Positions 43,175 through 53,725 of a stretch of DNA of 64,000 bases are shown here, in pieces (the stretch's first letter is position 1; each line of letters opens with the position of its first letter). The notes beneath the pieces are model-generated. The model worked only from the letters and a program-made list of their open reading frames with translations, made no database searches and had not been told where the DNA came from. Location of the stretch: the NCBI GenBank assembly GCA_020632075.1, contig JACKGH010000001.1, positions 601,778 through 665,777 of the forward strand, written 5' to 3'. A program made the translations under genes and the position numbers. This DNA is from Candidatus Nomurabacteria bacterium. GTDB lineage: Bacteria > Patescibacteriota > Minisyncoccia > Phycocordibacterales > UBA918.

Positions 43175-46100
43175 ATGAAAATGAACATTAAAAAACACTG
43201 GTGTTTATTGATAGCCACTCTTTCAGCCATTCTGGTGTTTGGATCATATACAACAAACGCACTAGCACAAGTAAAGGTCCTCTCCAATTCTCGACACGCT
43301 TTTACCAGCATTACGGCTGCGATCGATCAACTGCTTGGGGCGGGGCATGTCGGTACCGATATCATAGTTCATAGCACCAACATGAACACCGGTGGTGGCT
43401 TTATCGGCGATGCCTCTGTCACCCAAGATACAGACGCTGAGTACTATGACGAAACTGGTGCCACCACCACCTCAGCCGCCCCCTATCAAATGTACACGTC
43501 TTCATACTCAGGCTACTATGGTGACAACGTAAATATCTATAATGAATTCGACGGAGTTGATTTGACCCACAATTATGCGTACCAAGCAACGGCTTCACCA
43601 TTACCACCTCCGACTTTTATGACCGCACCAGGGCGCTCTGGCGACACCAGCAAATCAGGAGTGGAGTGGATACTCGATGGTTCTGATGTATTCATCGCCG
43701 GCACTACCCTCTCTGAACGCACTGCCCGCAACGCCGGTATGATGACAGCAATCAGATACAACCATCCAAGTTGGAATTGGTACGATGTGAAGGCAGCTGT
43801 TCGACAGACCGCCACAAATTGGGATGCAGGATATGACGGTGCAAATTATGGCTTTGGTGTCGTTTCCTACGCCTCATCTACCGCCCTTACTGATGGTGAA
43901 CTTCTGCTACAACCACCTGCTGCACTTGTTTCTACTTCATCTCTTGGACAGATTACTTTTACCCTCTACCCATACAAGCAGACGCGCCGCATAAAAGAAG
44001 TGCTATTTCAATTCGCCAGCGACCCTGGTTTCCAAGCTGACGAGCTTTCATACAGCGATATCACCGGCACACTCGGTGCCACCAAAGTGATGGAGTGGAC
44101 CAATACTACCGCAACCAGCACCATCCGCCCGTACTTTACGCCAGTAACCGATGCGTACTTCGTTTGGCTCACCGCTGATGACGCCAACGATAATACCGCA
44201 AATTTCTCCCGCATTGATACCTACGCCATTCTGGGACCGATCAGCCAAGAAGAAATTTCATTTTCAAATTCTTTTTCTCTCTCTTCACCGAGTGACGGAT
44301 CAGTGACCGACGAACTCCCCACCTTCTCTTGGACGGAAGCAGAGAGCTATGTAGGAATTGCGAAGTACCAACTATATATAGACGGCTCACTGCACACCGA
44401 CAACATCACTGGTACCAGTACTACCCTAGGCAGCGCACTGACTGATGGCTCGCATACCTGGTACGTCGTTGCTGAAAACGGCAATGGTGCTACCACTTCT
44501 GCCGCCAGCCGAACTATCGATGTGGTATCAGGCTACGCCGCTTCACAAACCTGGTATGTCGACAACGTCCTCGGCAACGATAGTAATGACGGTACCATCT
44601 CTTCTCCCTGGGCAACCCTCGCCAAGGCAGCCACTACCGCCCAACCAGGCAACACAGTCATTGTTGTAAAGAACGACGACGCTCCATACCGAGAGACACT
44701 CACTCCTGCAGCGGGTAACACACAAGACGGCAATATCACCTTCCGCGGGGTTGATGCTGCGCACAAGCCAGAGATCTGGGGCTCGACCAATGTGTCACAA
44801 GATATAGTTGGAGACTGGGCAGTATACGGCGGCGGCAATCCTGATACATACCAGCGCACAATGGCATTTACCAACACGATTGCAGCGGGCGTTTCAACCG
44901 ACACCCTCTCACAGCGTGTAAATGACGGTAATGACCAAACCGTCCTTGGCGAAGGAGAATGGGCCTATGTTAGCGGTGTTCTATATTACCGACTCCAGCC
45001 AAGTGAGGACATTAATTTACTCCATATTGAAGCCGGCACCGAGCCGCAGCTCCTTACATGTACTGCACGAAATACTTTCAAAGATATCATTGTGCGATAT
45101 GCAACCATCTTGAACGTCAGCCTTGGGACTGGATGCATCGGCGAGCGTCTTGAATCATATGGAAGTGGTCTCTATGGAGCCGCTCTCTTTGGTGCAGGCA
45201 CTGCATCAAATCTCGGGCCAATCCTTCGCTACTCCACCGTGAGCAACAATAAAACCTACGGCGTTTCTATGGCCGGTACAGCGTACGCGAGGATGTATAA
45301 CAACACCGTCTACAACAATGGCACGGGGTTGAGGCTTAGTGGAGCCGTTGATGATTCACTCATCCACAACAACATCTTTTTCGGCAATACGCAAAACATA
45401 GACACGAGTGCGATCGGCTCGGTCACTGGATTTGTTGCTTCACATAATAACTGGGCAAATGGCAGCGTTGATACTGGATGGCAAAACACATACCAAGGCA
45501 CCAATAACCAAGCCTCTACTTCCCCGCTATTGACTGACCCAGCAGCAAGAGACTTCTCACTCGACACACTCTCACCAAGTATCGACGCAGGTACTGATGT
45601 GTCACTAACTTCAGACACTATCGGCAATCCAATCTACGGCTCTCCCGACATCGGGGCTCTGGAATACCAGCCTCCATACACAATCGGAGTCGACACCCTG
45701 AACACATCTGGTCCCGTGCGCATTTACGCAGACGGAAAATATCGATACACCTCTGCTACCTCAAGCAGTTCGACCGCCAATCTTCAAGTCTCACCAATTG
45801 GCGGCTTTGGCTCTGGTGACCATGCCGAGTACATGAACCTCACTATCAACACATGGGAAACGGACGCTACTGATGCCACCAAGGAATGGACCGCAAGCTC
45901 AAGCTACGCTACTTCCACTACTTTCACAATCTCAGGCTTGGCGGCAAGCACTGCGTATGAAATAGAAGTTGATAATGCAGCATCTGCTTACATCTCGGGC
46001 TCAACCTGCGATTCAAACGAATGCACTACAAACGGTAGTGGGAACCTCAACTTCACCTACTCAGGTGGCTGGTCGACCCACACATTTACCGTCACTCGTA

Positions 46101-46591
46101 CAACAGTCTCTTCTGGCTCTTCTGGTGGAGGTGGTGGCAGCAGTTCACGCACAACCAAAAATGAAAGCACGACTGAACTCGTTTCTACCAGTACAGCTTC
46201 CTCTTCCCTCCTCATCACCGACGAAGCTACATACCGCCAGTCACTCCTCAACAAGATCAGCGAGCTTCAGAACCTTATTAAAGCGCTTACTGCACAGCTT
46301 TTGGTGGTACAGAGTAAGATGGACACACAACAATTCACACGACCACTAGATGTCGGCGATGAAGGATACGATGTGCTTGCACTTCAAATGAAACTCAATC
46401 GTCTTGGTTTTACCATTGCTGATTCAGGTCCCGGCTCTCCAGGACTCGAAACTCTTTACTACGGCCCACTTACTACCCTCGCCATTCAGAAGTTCCAGTG
46501 TCACTACAATATTGTCTGCGAAGGTACGCCACAGACCACTGGTTTTGGAAACTTCGGACCACAGACAAGAGCAAAGTTAAATAGTTTGTAG
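43175..46591 (+). CDS. large secreted right-handed beta-helix protein with FN3-like region and C-terminal peptidoglycan-binding (PG_binding_1-like) domain
   Basis: Signal peptide; DUF1565/pectate-lyase-like motif GTISSPWATLAKAATTAQPGNTVIVV..YRETL; repeated NNxxxNN beta-helix rungs; C-terminal DVGDEGYDVLALQMKLNRLGF...YYGPLTTLAIQKFQ. Confidence 0.8.
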   Translation: MKMNIKKHWCLLIATLSAILVFGSYTTNALAQVKVLSNSRHAFTSITAAIDQLLGAGHVGTDIIVHSTNMNTGGGFIGDASVTQDTDAEYYDETGATTTSAAPYQMYTSSYSGYYGDNVNIYNEFDGVDLTHNYAYQATASPLPPPTFMTAPGRSGDTSKSGVEWILDGSDVFIAGTTLSERTARNAGMMTAIRYNHPSWNWYDVKAAVRQTATNWDAGYDGANYGFGVVSYASSTALTDGELLLQPPAALVSTSSLGQITFTLYPYKQTRRIKEVLFQFASDPGFQADELSYSDITGTLGATKVMEWTNTTATSTIRPYFTPVTDAYFVWLTADDANDNTANFSRIDTYAILGPISQEEISFSNSFSLSSPSDGSVTDELPTFSWTEAESYVGIAKYQLYIDGSLHTDNITGTSTTLGSALTDGSHTWYVVAENGNGATTSAASRTIDVVSGYAASQTWYVDNVLGNDSNDGTISSPWATLAKAATTAQPGNTVIVVKNDDAPYRETLTPAAGNTQDGNITFRGVDAAHKPEIWGSTNVSQDIVGDWAVYGGGNPDTYQRTMAFTNTIAAGVSTDTLSQRVNDGNDQTVLGEGEWAYVSGVLYYRLQPSEDINLLHIEAGTEPQLLTCTARNTFKDIIVRYATILNVSLGTGCIGERLESYGSGLYGAALFGAGTASNLGPILRYSTVSNNKTYGVSMAGTAYARMYNNTVYNNGTGLRLSGAVDDSLIHNNIFFGNTQNIDTSAIGSVTGFVASHNNWANGSVDTGWQNTYQGTNNQASTSPLLTDPAARDFSLDTLSPSIDAGTDVSLTSDTIGNPIYGSPDIGALEYQPPYTIGVDTLNTSGPVRIYADGKYRYTSATSSSSTANLQVSPIGGFGSGDHAEYMNLTINTWETDATDATKEWTASSSYATSTTFTISGLAASTAYEIEVDNAASAYISGSTCDSNECTTNGSGNLNFTYSGGWSTHTFTVTRTTVSSGSSGGGGGSSSRTTKNESTTELVSTSTASSSLLITDEATYRQSLLNKISELQNLIKALTAQLLVVQSKMDTQQFTRPLDVGDEGYDVLALQMKLNRLGFTIADSGPGSPGLETLYYGPLTTLAIQKFQCHYNIVCEGTPQTTGFGNFGPQTRAKLNSL

Positions 46592-46592
46592 T

Positions 46593-49500
46593 TTAACTTT
46601 CTGGAGTTTCTTCTGGTGTCGGTTCAGTATTGTCAGCTGACGAAGGAACATCCTCAGATTCTGCCTGAGCAACCTCCTCAACGACTTCTTCTACCACCTC
46701 CTCCGTGACCTCCTCTGTTGAGACAGGCTCTTCTTCAGACAATCCTGGATCAGGTAACACCTCGCTTTCTTCTTCCTCAACCATGATCTCTTCACTTGAA
46801 GAAGCAGTGGTGTCTTCAGGCTGATCAGCATTGTCTTCTGCGCCAGTCTCCGAGGAAGTTGCAGTCTCGTCGTTTGCTTCACCATTATTTTCTGTCACAA
46901 CTTCATTGTTATTGGATGATGAAGGAGATGAGGCACCACCACTCTTCTCACTTGTAGATTCAGTTTTATTCGTATTGGTACCTCCTAGCTGCGCCTCCAG
47001 CTCTGCCACTCGTGCTTCGAGTGCAGCCGTGCGATCATCTTGTTCTTTATTCCAATCAGCAAGCTCAAAGACTCTGAGGAAGAGGTTCTCTAGACCTTCA
47101 AGCACCTCATTGATACGAGTCGTAAGCGACATTGCTCCAGAGCCACGAGGCGTGAGCCATGGCAGGTGATCGTTTTCATCCACGAAGGAGCGAATCTCAT
47201 CGAGGGTAAGGTGTTGGTAGGCCGGATCATCAAAAACATAGTCAGGGGCTGCGATGGTAATACCATCGTCAATAAAGGCTGAAGCGTAGATACTGCCCGC
47301 CACCGCGAGCTGGTAGCCTGGTGTGGTAGAGCCAATACCAACCTTACCGTCTGCGGTCACGATCATGTACGGATTGTTTGATGAGGACGCAACCAAAAAG
47401 ACAGGATTAGTCTGACCAACCATTGCCGCAACAGACAATCGAGCGTGCGGACTTGAAGTGCCGACTCCGATACCACCACTTGAATACGTCGTGCCGGTGC
47501 CGTCTACTCCCGTACCGAAGATGAGGTTTCCGATGTTGAGGACGTCGTCTTGCGTCGTGCTAAAGGCATCAATGTCATAACCGATGAAGATGCTGCGGTC
47601 GACGGAGACGGCGTTGTTGGCGGTTTGGTAACCAATGGCGATGGTGCCGGTGCCGTTGTTGGCACTTAGAGCGGAACGACCGATAGCTACGTTATCCGAT
47701 CCGGTGGTGTTATCAAGCAATGCACTGTAGCCAAGTGCGGTGTTGTATGAGCCAACCGTATTATGAAACATTGACCAGTAGCCATACGCGGAGTTGTATG
47801 AGCCGGTGGTGTTGTAGTGCAAAGAGAGATACGCTGTGGCGCTATTACCCCAACCTGTAGTGGTGTACCGCAACGCGCGACTTCCGATTCCAACATTGAA
47901 GCTTCCGGTTGTGAGATTATCTAATGCATACTGACCAATAGCGTAGTTATAACTAGCGTTTGCCATTGAACTTGATGCCGTGGCTCCAGCCAAGAAATAA
48001 CTGTTTCGAGTAGTTGAGCCCGATAGCACCGAGGTACCATTGAGCCAATATGCACGATCAGAAGTAGCAACAAACTGCGCTGCTGTTGATGTTGCAATTG
48101 CGGTGAGCTGTGCGGCAGTAACCGTGCCAGTAGCAGCAATACTTCCCGCCACCGACAGCTTCGCATACGGACTACTCGTCCCAATACCAACATTCCCAGA
48201 ACTGTATGACGTACCAGTACCGTCTACTCCCGTACCAAAGATTAAGTTTCCAATATTGAGGACATCATCCTGAGTTGTACTAAAAGCATCAATGTCGTAA
48301 CCGATGAAGATGCTGCGATCAACACCTGTGGCGTTTACTGCTGCGTTGTAGCCGATGGCGATGGTGCCGGTGCCGTTGTTGTTAAAAAGCGCATGGTAAC
48401 CGATGGCATTATTGTATGAGCCGGTTAAATTCTGGAACAAAGCACTATTACCAAAGGCGTTGTTATTAGAACCAACTGTGTTTAGCGCCATAGCTAAGTT
48501 GCCGAAGGCATTATTATCTGAACCCGTAGTGTTAATAAATAGCGACCAATATCCAAAAGCGTTGTTAAATGAACCGGTCGTGTTTGCTGAAAGCGAAAAC
48601 CAACCCAAAGCATTGTTATAGGAGCCAGTGGTATTAGCCTGGAGTGCACCACTACCAAGGGCAGTGTTGCTGCTACCTATCATCCCCGCCGCTCCTCCCT
48701 TTAGCGCACCTGACCCCACCGCAAAGTTGTAGTCTCCTGTGGTGAGATTAGCAAGCGCATTACTACCAATGGCATAGTTGTAATCAGCATCCCCGAAGGA
48801 ACTTGATGCTGTAGCACCCGCTAGAAAATAACTACCCTGAGTGGTTGAACCTGACAAGACTGAAGTATTGCCCAACCAATACGCATGATCATTGGTTGCC
48901 ACAAACCGTGCTGCAGTGGAGGTAGAAGTAATGGCTAGCTGTGTGGCAGTGATAGTACCGGTTGCAACAATGTCACCAGCTACTGAAAGCTTCGCATACG
49001 GACTACTCGTCCCAATACCAACATTCCCAGAACTGTATGACGTACCAGTACCGTCTACTCCCGTACCAAAGATTAAGTTTCCAATATTGAGGACATCATC
49101 CTGAGTTGTACTAAAAGCATCAATGTCGTAACCGATGAAGATGCTGCGATCAACACCTGTGGCGTTTACTGCTGCGTTGTAGCCGATGGCGATGGTGCCG
49201 GTGCCGTTGTTGTTAAAAAGCGCATGGTAACCGATGGCATTATTGTATGAGCCGGTTAAATTCTGGAACAAAGCACTATTACCAAAGGCGTTGTTATTAG
49301 AACCAACTGTGTTTAGCGCCATAGCTAAGTTGCCGAAGGCATTATTATCTGAACCCGTAGTGTTAATAAATAGCGACCAATATCCAAAAGCGTTGTTAAA
49401 TGAACCGGTCGTGTTTGCTGAAAGCGAAAACCAACCCAAAGCATTGTTATAGGAGCCAGTGGTATTAGCCTGGAGTGCACCACTACCAAGGGCAGTGTTG

Positions 49501-52361
49501 CTGCTACCTATCATCCCCGCCGCTCCTCCCTTTAGCGCACCTGACCCCACCGCAAAGTTGTAGTCTCCTGTGGTGAGATTAGCAAGCGCATTACTACCAA
49601 TGGCGTAATTATAGATTGCATTCCCCACCGAACTTGATGCGGTTGCTCCACCAAAGAAATAAGTGTCGAGTGTGGTTGAGCCAGAAAGCACATCTACACT
49701 GTTGAGCCAATAACCACGATCATCGGTTGCCACAAACCGTGGTGCGGTGGAGGTCGAGGTGACAGTAAGTTCCGGAGCCGTGATAGTACCTGTTGAAACA
49801 ATATCCCCTGCCACACTGAGCTTCGCGTATGGAGAGGTGGTACCAATACCGACATAGCCCGTTGAAGCAATCGTTAAGCGCTCTTGCAGACTAGTGCCGT
49901 TATGTGTTTTAAACAAAATTTTGCCATCCTTGCCACCTGTGGCTCGAGCAAACACTATCGAGGCTGCCGTACCTGTCGGGTCGTAATTACTACGCTGCGC
50001 GTTGATAGCAAAAATTTCTGCATTTGCAGTCGCACTGTCACCACGCAAAGTAAGTGTACTTGAACCAACCGCAACACCCGCCACGCCCAAGATTGCGCTT
50101 CCCTTTACTTGCAGCTTTGCTCCTGGAGTTGATGTGCCGATACCAATATTTCCTGTTGAGTAAGTAGTACCAGTTCCATCTACTCCCGTACCAAAGATGA
50201 GGTTGCCGATGTTGAGGACGTCGTCTTGGGTGGTACTAAAAGCATCGATGTCGTAGCCGATGAAGATACTGCGATCAACAGAAGCAGCGTTGTCAGCCAC
50301 TTGGTACCCGATGGCGATGGTGCCGGTGCCGTTGTTGGACCAAAGTGCCCTATACCCAATAGCGTTGTTGTATGAGCCGGTCGTGTTGAGATTGAGCGCA
50401 TAATAACCGAGAGTGTTGTTGTATGAGCCAACGGTAGTGTTAAAACCTGCACTTGATCCAATAGCGTTGTTGTATGAGCCGGTCGTGTTCCAAAAACCTG
50501 CACTTGATCCAATAGCGTTGTTGTATGAGCCACTACTATTAAAAACTAGTGTACTGGGCCCAAAAGCGTTGTTGTATGAGCCACTACTATTACTACCCAA
50601 CGCACCAGAACCGAACGCGGTGTTATATGTACCAGAAGTGTTGTTAAATAGGGACGAGGATCCCAAGGCGATATTGTATGAGCCGCTCAGCCCTCCCCCT
50701 CCTCCCTTAAGAGCGCCCGAGCCCATTGCAACATTGAAATCTCCCGTGGTGAGGTTGCCAAGCGCATTACTACCAATAGCGTAGTTGTAGTCTGCTGTCC
50801 CGAAAGAACTAGACGCTCGCGCTCCCGCGAAGAAAAATGAATTGCGGGCAGTGACACCGGAGAGTACCGGAGTATTACCGAGCCAGTAGGCAGTGTTGTC
50901 TGAGGTCACAACACGATTAGCGGTTGTAGTGGCAGTGGACACAATATTACCCACGACAGAGAGCTTGGCGTATGGCGAAGTGGTACCGATACCCACCTTA
51001 CCACCATTCTTCACAATGAAGTAGTCACCTTCTTGAGCCGGAGCGCTTGATACGGCAAACGGATCAAATGTAGCAGAAGACCCAGATGTCTGGTTGGTAA
51101 TTTCAAAAGTAGTGTTGCCTTGATTACCACTATTGAAAACGCCAATTTTATCAGTACCTCCTCCCTGCAATACAAAATGCGATTCTGAATCTGCTATACC
51201 ACCAATAGTGTATGATCCGATTACGAGGTTTGAGCTTTGATTATTACCAATCACCCATTCTCTACTACCAGTCATACCGTTCAAGATGGAAAATCCCATT
51301 TCGACATCACTGTTTGGATTGTATAGTCGAAACATGTTGTTACCATATGAATTATTCCCTGTATCAGTGGAAATAAGTGTCATACGAGCCCCGGTTGTTG
51401 TGTTACCAACTTGAACGTAATTTTCATCGGTGAGAACAGCAAACACATCGCTGCCCACATTGAAGTCTCCTGCTAAGGTTGAAGTCGCTGTACCTAGGGT
51501 AGCCACAAAACTATCAGCTACAGTTTTTCCAACCACACTCAATGTTGCATACGGACTACTCGTCCCAATCCCCAACCGCGTACTCGCGTTGTTCCAGTAG
51601 AGCCCGGTCGCATCATCCACTGTCGATGTGGCGCTAGGATAGTACGCTAAAAGACCTGCGGTAGCAGACGGCAGTACGGTACCTGATCCTCCCCCACCCG
51701 AAGCGACTGGAGCGCCGTCGAAGTACAAAAGTCCACCAGAGTTGTAGAGGCGGCTGGCAGTATTCGCAGGCGACACGTCATCAAGGTAGATTGGACCAGC
51801 GACAGACAGAAGTTCAGCGGGACTTGAAGTGCCAATCCCAACACTGCCGCTAAAACTAGTGACGCCACTGAAATTAGCATTTGATAAAGCAGGATCAGTT
51901 AGAATTGCGTCAGTTAGCGTCGAGTTAAGAAAAGAACCACCATCGGTCAATTCTTCAGTTGGGTCTGAACGATTGTCGTTATCACTACCAACATATCGAT
52001 CAAAACGGCGTTCCAATGCAGCAATCTGAGCTGTACTGTCAGTATCACCCGCCATTGCAATTGGCGCCTCAAGCCCCTGACTCGTTAACAACCACCGAAT
52101 ATGATACAAAAGGCCGACTAGGCGCTTGTTTAATTCGGCCTCAGTGACACCCCTACTTTCTATAACCACTTGTGGTGATTGTATTGACGCTGTCACCGAC
52201 GGTATCGGTGTAACTGGAAGAAGGTGCTCTTGGGGCAAATCCGTGAAAGACTCATACAATACTGGTTGTGTTTCAAAATTTTTCAGAATAGAAAAACCAC
52301 CTGCTGTAAAACTGGTTAGAAGCAATAAAAACAAAAGGATTCGGATTCTTCTAGGAAACAT
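46593..52361 (-). CDS. giant secreted repeat protein (1922 aa) with tail-fibre-like Asn/Gly-rich repeats, at least four ~277-aa repeat units and an acidic C-terminal tail
   Basis: Signal peptide MFPRRIRILLFLLLLTSFTAGGFS; recurring GSYNNAIG.. and DRSIFIGYDIDAFSTTQDDVLNIGNLIFGTGVDGTGT..YS.GN.GIGTSSPYAKLSVAG units; C-terminal APDYVFDDPAYQHLTLDEIRSFVDENDHLPWL then coiled coil and E/S/T-rich tail. Confidence 0.8.
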   Translation of the reverse strand: MFPRRIRILLFLLLLTSFTAGGFSILKNFETQPVLYESFTDLPQEHLLPVTPIPSVTASIQSPQVVIESRGVTEAELNKRLVGLLYHIRWLLTSQGLEAPIAMAGDTDSTAQIAALERRFDRYVGSDNDNRSDPTEELTDGGSFLNSTLTDAILTDPALSNANFSGVTSFSGSVGIGTSSPAELLSVAGPIYLDDVSPANTASRLYNSGGLLYFDGAPVASGGGGSGTVLPSATAGLLAYYPSATSTVDDATGLYWNNASTRLGIGTSSPYATLSVVGKTVADSFVATLGTATSTLAGDFNVGSDVFAVLTDENYVQVGNTTTGARMTLISTDTGNNSYGNNMFRLYNPNSDVEMGFSILNGMTGSREWVIGNNQSSNLVIGSYTIGGIADSESHFVLQGGGTDKIGVFNSGNQGNTTFEITNQTSGSSATFDPFAVSSAPAQEGDYFIVKNGGKVGIGTTSPYAKLSVVGNIVSTATTTANRVVTSDNTAYWLGNTPVLSGVTARNSFFFAGARASSSFGTADYNYAIGSNALGNLTTGDFNVAMGSGALKGGGGGLSGSYNIALGSSSLFNNTSGTYNTAFGSGALGSNSSGSYNNAFGPSTLVFNSSGSYNNAIGSSAGFWNTTGSYNNAIGSSAGFNTTVGSYNNTLGYYALNLNTTGSYNNAIGYRALWSNNGTGTIAIGYQVADNAASVDRSIFIGYDIDAFSTTQDDVLNIGNLIFGTGVDGTGTTYSTGNIGIGTSTPGAKLQVKGSAILGVAGVAVGSSTLTLRGDSATANAEIFAINAQRSNYDPTGTAASIVFARATGGKDGKILFKTHNGTSLQERLTIASTGYVGIGTTSPYAKLSVAGDIVSTGTITAPELTVTSTSTAPRFVATDDRGYWLNSVDVLSGSTTLDTYFFGGATASSSVGNAIYNYAIGSNALANLTTGDYNFAVGSGALKGGAAGMIGSSNTALGSGALQANTTGSYNNALGWFSLSANTTGSFNNAFGYWSLFINTTGSDNNAFGNLAMALNTVGSNNNAFGNSALFQNLTGSYNNAIGYHALFNNNGTGTIAIGYNAAVNATGVDRSIFIGYDIDAFSTTQDDVLNIGNLIFGTGVDGTGTSYSSGNVGIGTSSPYAKLSVAGDIVATGTITATQLAITSTSTAARFVATNDHAYWLGNTSVLSGSTTQGSYFLAGATASSSFGDADYNYAIGSNALANLTTGDYNFAVGSGALKGGAAGMIGSSNTALGSGALQANTTGSYNNALGWFSLSANTTGSFNNAFGYWSLFINTTGSDNNAFGNLAMALNTVGSNNNAFGNSALFQNLTGSYNNAIGYHALFNNNGTGTIAIGYNAAVNATGVDRSIFIGYDIDAFSTTQDDVLNIGNLIFGTGVDGTGTSYSSGNVGIGTSSPYAKLSVAGSIAATGTVTAAQLTAIATSTAAQFVATSDRAYWLNGTSVLSGSTTRNSYFLAGATASSSMANASYNYAIGQYALDNLTTGSFNVGIGSRALRYTTTGWGNSATAYLSLHYNTTGSYNSAYGYWSMFHNTVGSYNTALGYSALLDNTTGSDNVAIGRSALSANNGTGTIAIGYQTANNAVSVDRSIFIGYDIDAFSTTQDDVLNIGNLIFGTGVDGTGTTYSSGGIGVGTSSPHARLSVAAMVGQTNPVFLVASSSNNPYMIVTADGKVGIGSTTPGYQLAVAGSIYASAFIDDGITIAAPDYVFDDPAYQHLTLDEIRSFVDENDHLPWLTPRGSGAMSLTTRINEVLEGLENLFLRVFELADWNKEQDDRTAALEARVAELEAQLGGTNTNKTESTSEKSGGASSPSSSNNNEVVTENNGEANDETATSSETGAEDNADQPEDTTASSSEEIMVEEEESEVLPDPGLSEEEPVSTEEVTEEVVEEVVEEVAQAESEDVPSSADNTEPTPEETPES

Positions 52362-52515
52362 TTTTTAGGTAGACCTCAGATACATGATATCAAACCAACC
52401 CTTGTTCCAGATCTGAAATTTACGTGACATCTGTGGATTCACTTAGGTTCCCTAATCACACAACACAAAAAATACGGCGTAAAGCCGTATTTTTTGTAGA
52501 ATCTATTATGGCTCT

Positions 52516-52989
52516 TTACTTAAGGGTGACCTTAGCTCCAGCTTCTTCAAGCTTTGCCTTGATCTCCTCAGCTTCTTCCTTCTTCACACCAGTCTTAACT
52601 TCAGCTGGAGCGCCGTCTACCATTTCCTTTGCTTCCTTGAGACCAAGTCCACAAACTTCCTTAACGACCTTGATAACCGCGATCTTCTGAGCACCAGCTT
52701 CGGTAAGTTCTACAGTGAATTCTGACTGCTCTTCACCAGCGTCACCGCCAGCTGCAGGACCAGCGACTGCTACTGCAGCTGCTGATACACCAAACTTCTT
52801 CTCAAATACCTTTACGAGTTCATGAAGCTCAAGTACGGTCATTTTCTCAACCGCTTCTACGATCTCCTTGAACTGCGCTGGCACTTCTACCTCCTCAGCT
52901 TTTTCTTTGGTCTCTTCTACTGCTGCTTCAGGAGCTGCAGTTTCTTCAGTAGTCTCTTCTACTACTGTTGTCTCTTTTTCGTCAGACAT
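52516..52989 (-). CDS. rplL: 50S ribosomal protein L7/L12 (with acidic N-terminal extension if the first ATG is used)
   Basis: [28 protein letters not shown] dimerisation/hinge region and C-terminal ...[36 protein letters not shown]. Confidence 0.9.
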   Translation of the reverse strand: MSDEKETTVVEETTEETAAPEAAVEETKEKAEEVEVPAQFKEIVEAVEKMTVLELHELVKVFEKKFGVSAAAVAVAGPAAGGDAGEEQSEFTVELTEAGAQKIAVIKVVKEVCGLGLKEAKEMVDGAPAEVKTGVKKEEAEEIKAKLEEAGAKVTLK

Positions 52990-53003
52990 GTTTCTTATTT
53001 AGA

Positions 53004-53492
53004 TTATGCACCCTTCTTTTCAGCAACAGCATTGAGAACAATAGCCATGCTCTGGATTGGTGAATTGATAACGTTTACGAACATACCACGGAGTACTGGT
53101 AGTGGTGGAATAGACGCGATCTCAGTCATTTCAACTGCATCTTTGTATACTCCCTGGAACACGCCGCCAGCGATGCTGAGGTTATCCTTGTACTTACCAG
53201 CAAATTCCTTGATCTGCTGTGCTGGAGTGATTGCGTCAGCGCTGTACGCGACCGCGATCTCTCCTTCGAGTGTAGGCATTTCTCCCTCAAACGCGCCGTC
53301 AAAGGCTCGCTTCATGAGTGTCTTCTTGGCTACGAAGTAACCAACTCCCTGCTCGCGAAGCTGTGCTCGCATTGCAGTGGTGTCTGCTACGGTCATGCCG
53401 TTGAACTTCACGAAGACGATTGAATCTGAGTCCGATTTGACTCCATCAAGCTTCGCGAGAATGTCCTGCTTTTTTGCTTTTGTAATTGCCAT
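53004..53492 (-). CDS. rplJ: 50S ribosomal protein L10
   Basis: MAITKAKKQDILAKL... typical L10; start taken at the internal ATG at 53492 rather than the upstream in-frame start. Confidence 0.85.
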   Translation of the reverse strand: MAITKAKKQDILAKLDGVKSDSDSIVFVKFNGMTVADTTAMRAQLREQGVGYFVAKKTLMKRAFDGAFEGEMPTLEGEIAVAYSADAITPAQQIKEFAGKYKDNLSIAGGVFQGVYKDAVEMTEIASIPPLPVLRGMFVNVINSPIQSMAIVLNAVAEKKGA

Positions 53493-53650
53493 GTGATCTT
53501 GTAAATCAATGGATAAATTCCCAGGCCCGAGGGTATAAAAAATACCCTTGACGGGCTCGACCTTCCACACTATGCATTAGCACAATAGTTGGACCTCGGC
53601 CGGCGCTTGCGCATTATCTCTTTCGAGACCGACTGTCATGAGCCTGTTGG
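53493..53650 (-). promoter_or_regulatory. putative rplJ leader (L10-L12 autoregulatory leader region)
   Basis: ~160-nt untranslated region between the upstream terminator (53660-53700) and the rplJ start; assignment by position only. Confidence 0.25.
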
Positions 53651-53725
53651 GAGACAATATAGCAGAAATTAATAATATGTAAACCACAAAAAAGGCCCGC
53701 CTTCGGCGGGCCTGCATCAAGTCGG

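Noticed and set aside
48040-49452. Duplicated plus-strand ORFs (48040-48273 / 48892-49104 and 48403-48621 / 49234-49452, identical proteins)
   Set aside because: They are antisense frames inside the 1922-aa minus-strand gene. Their identity simply reflects the 617-nt identical repeat block of that gene, not separate duplicated genes.
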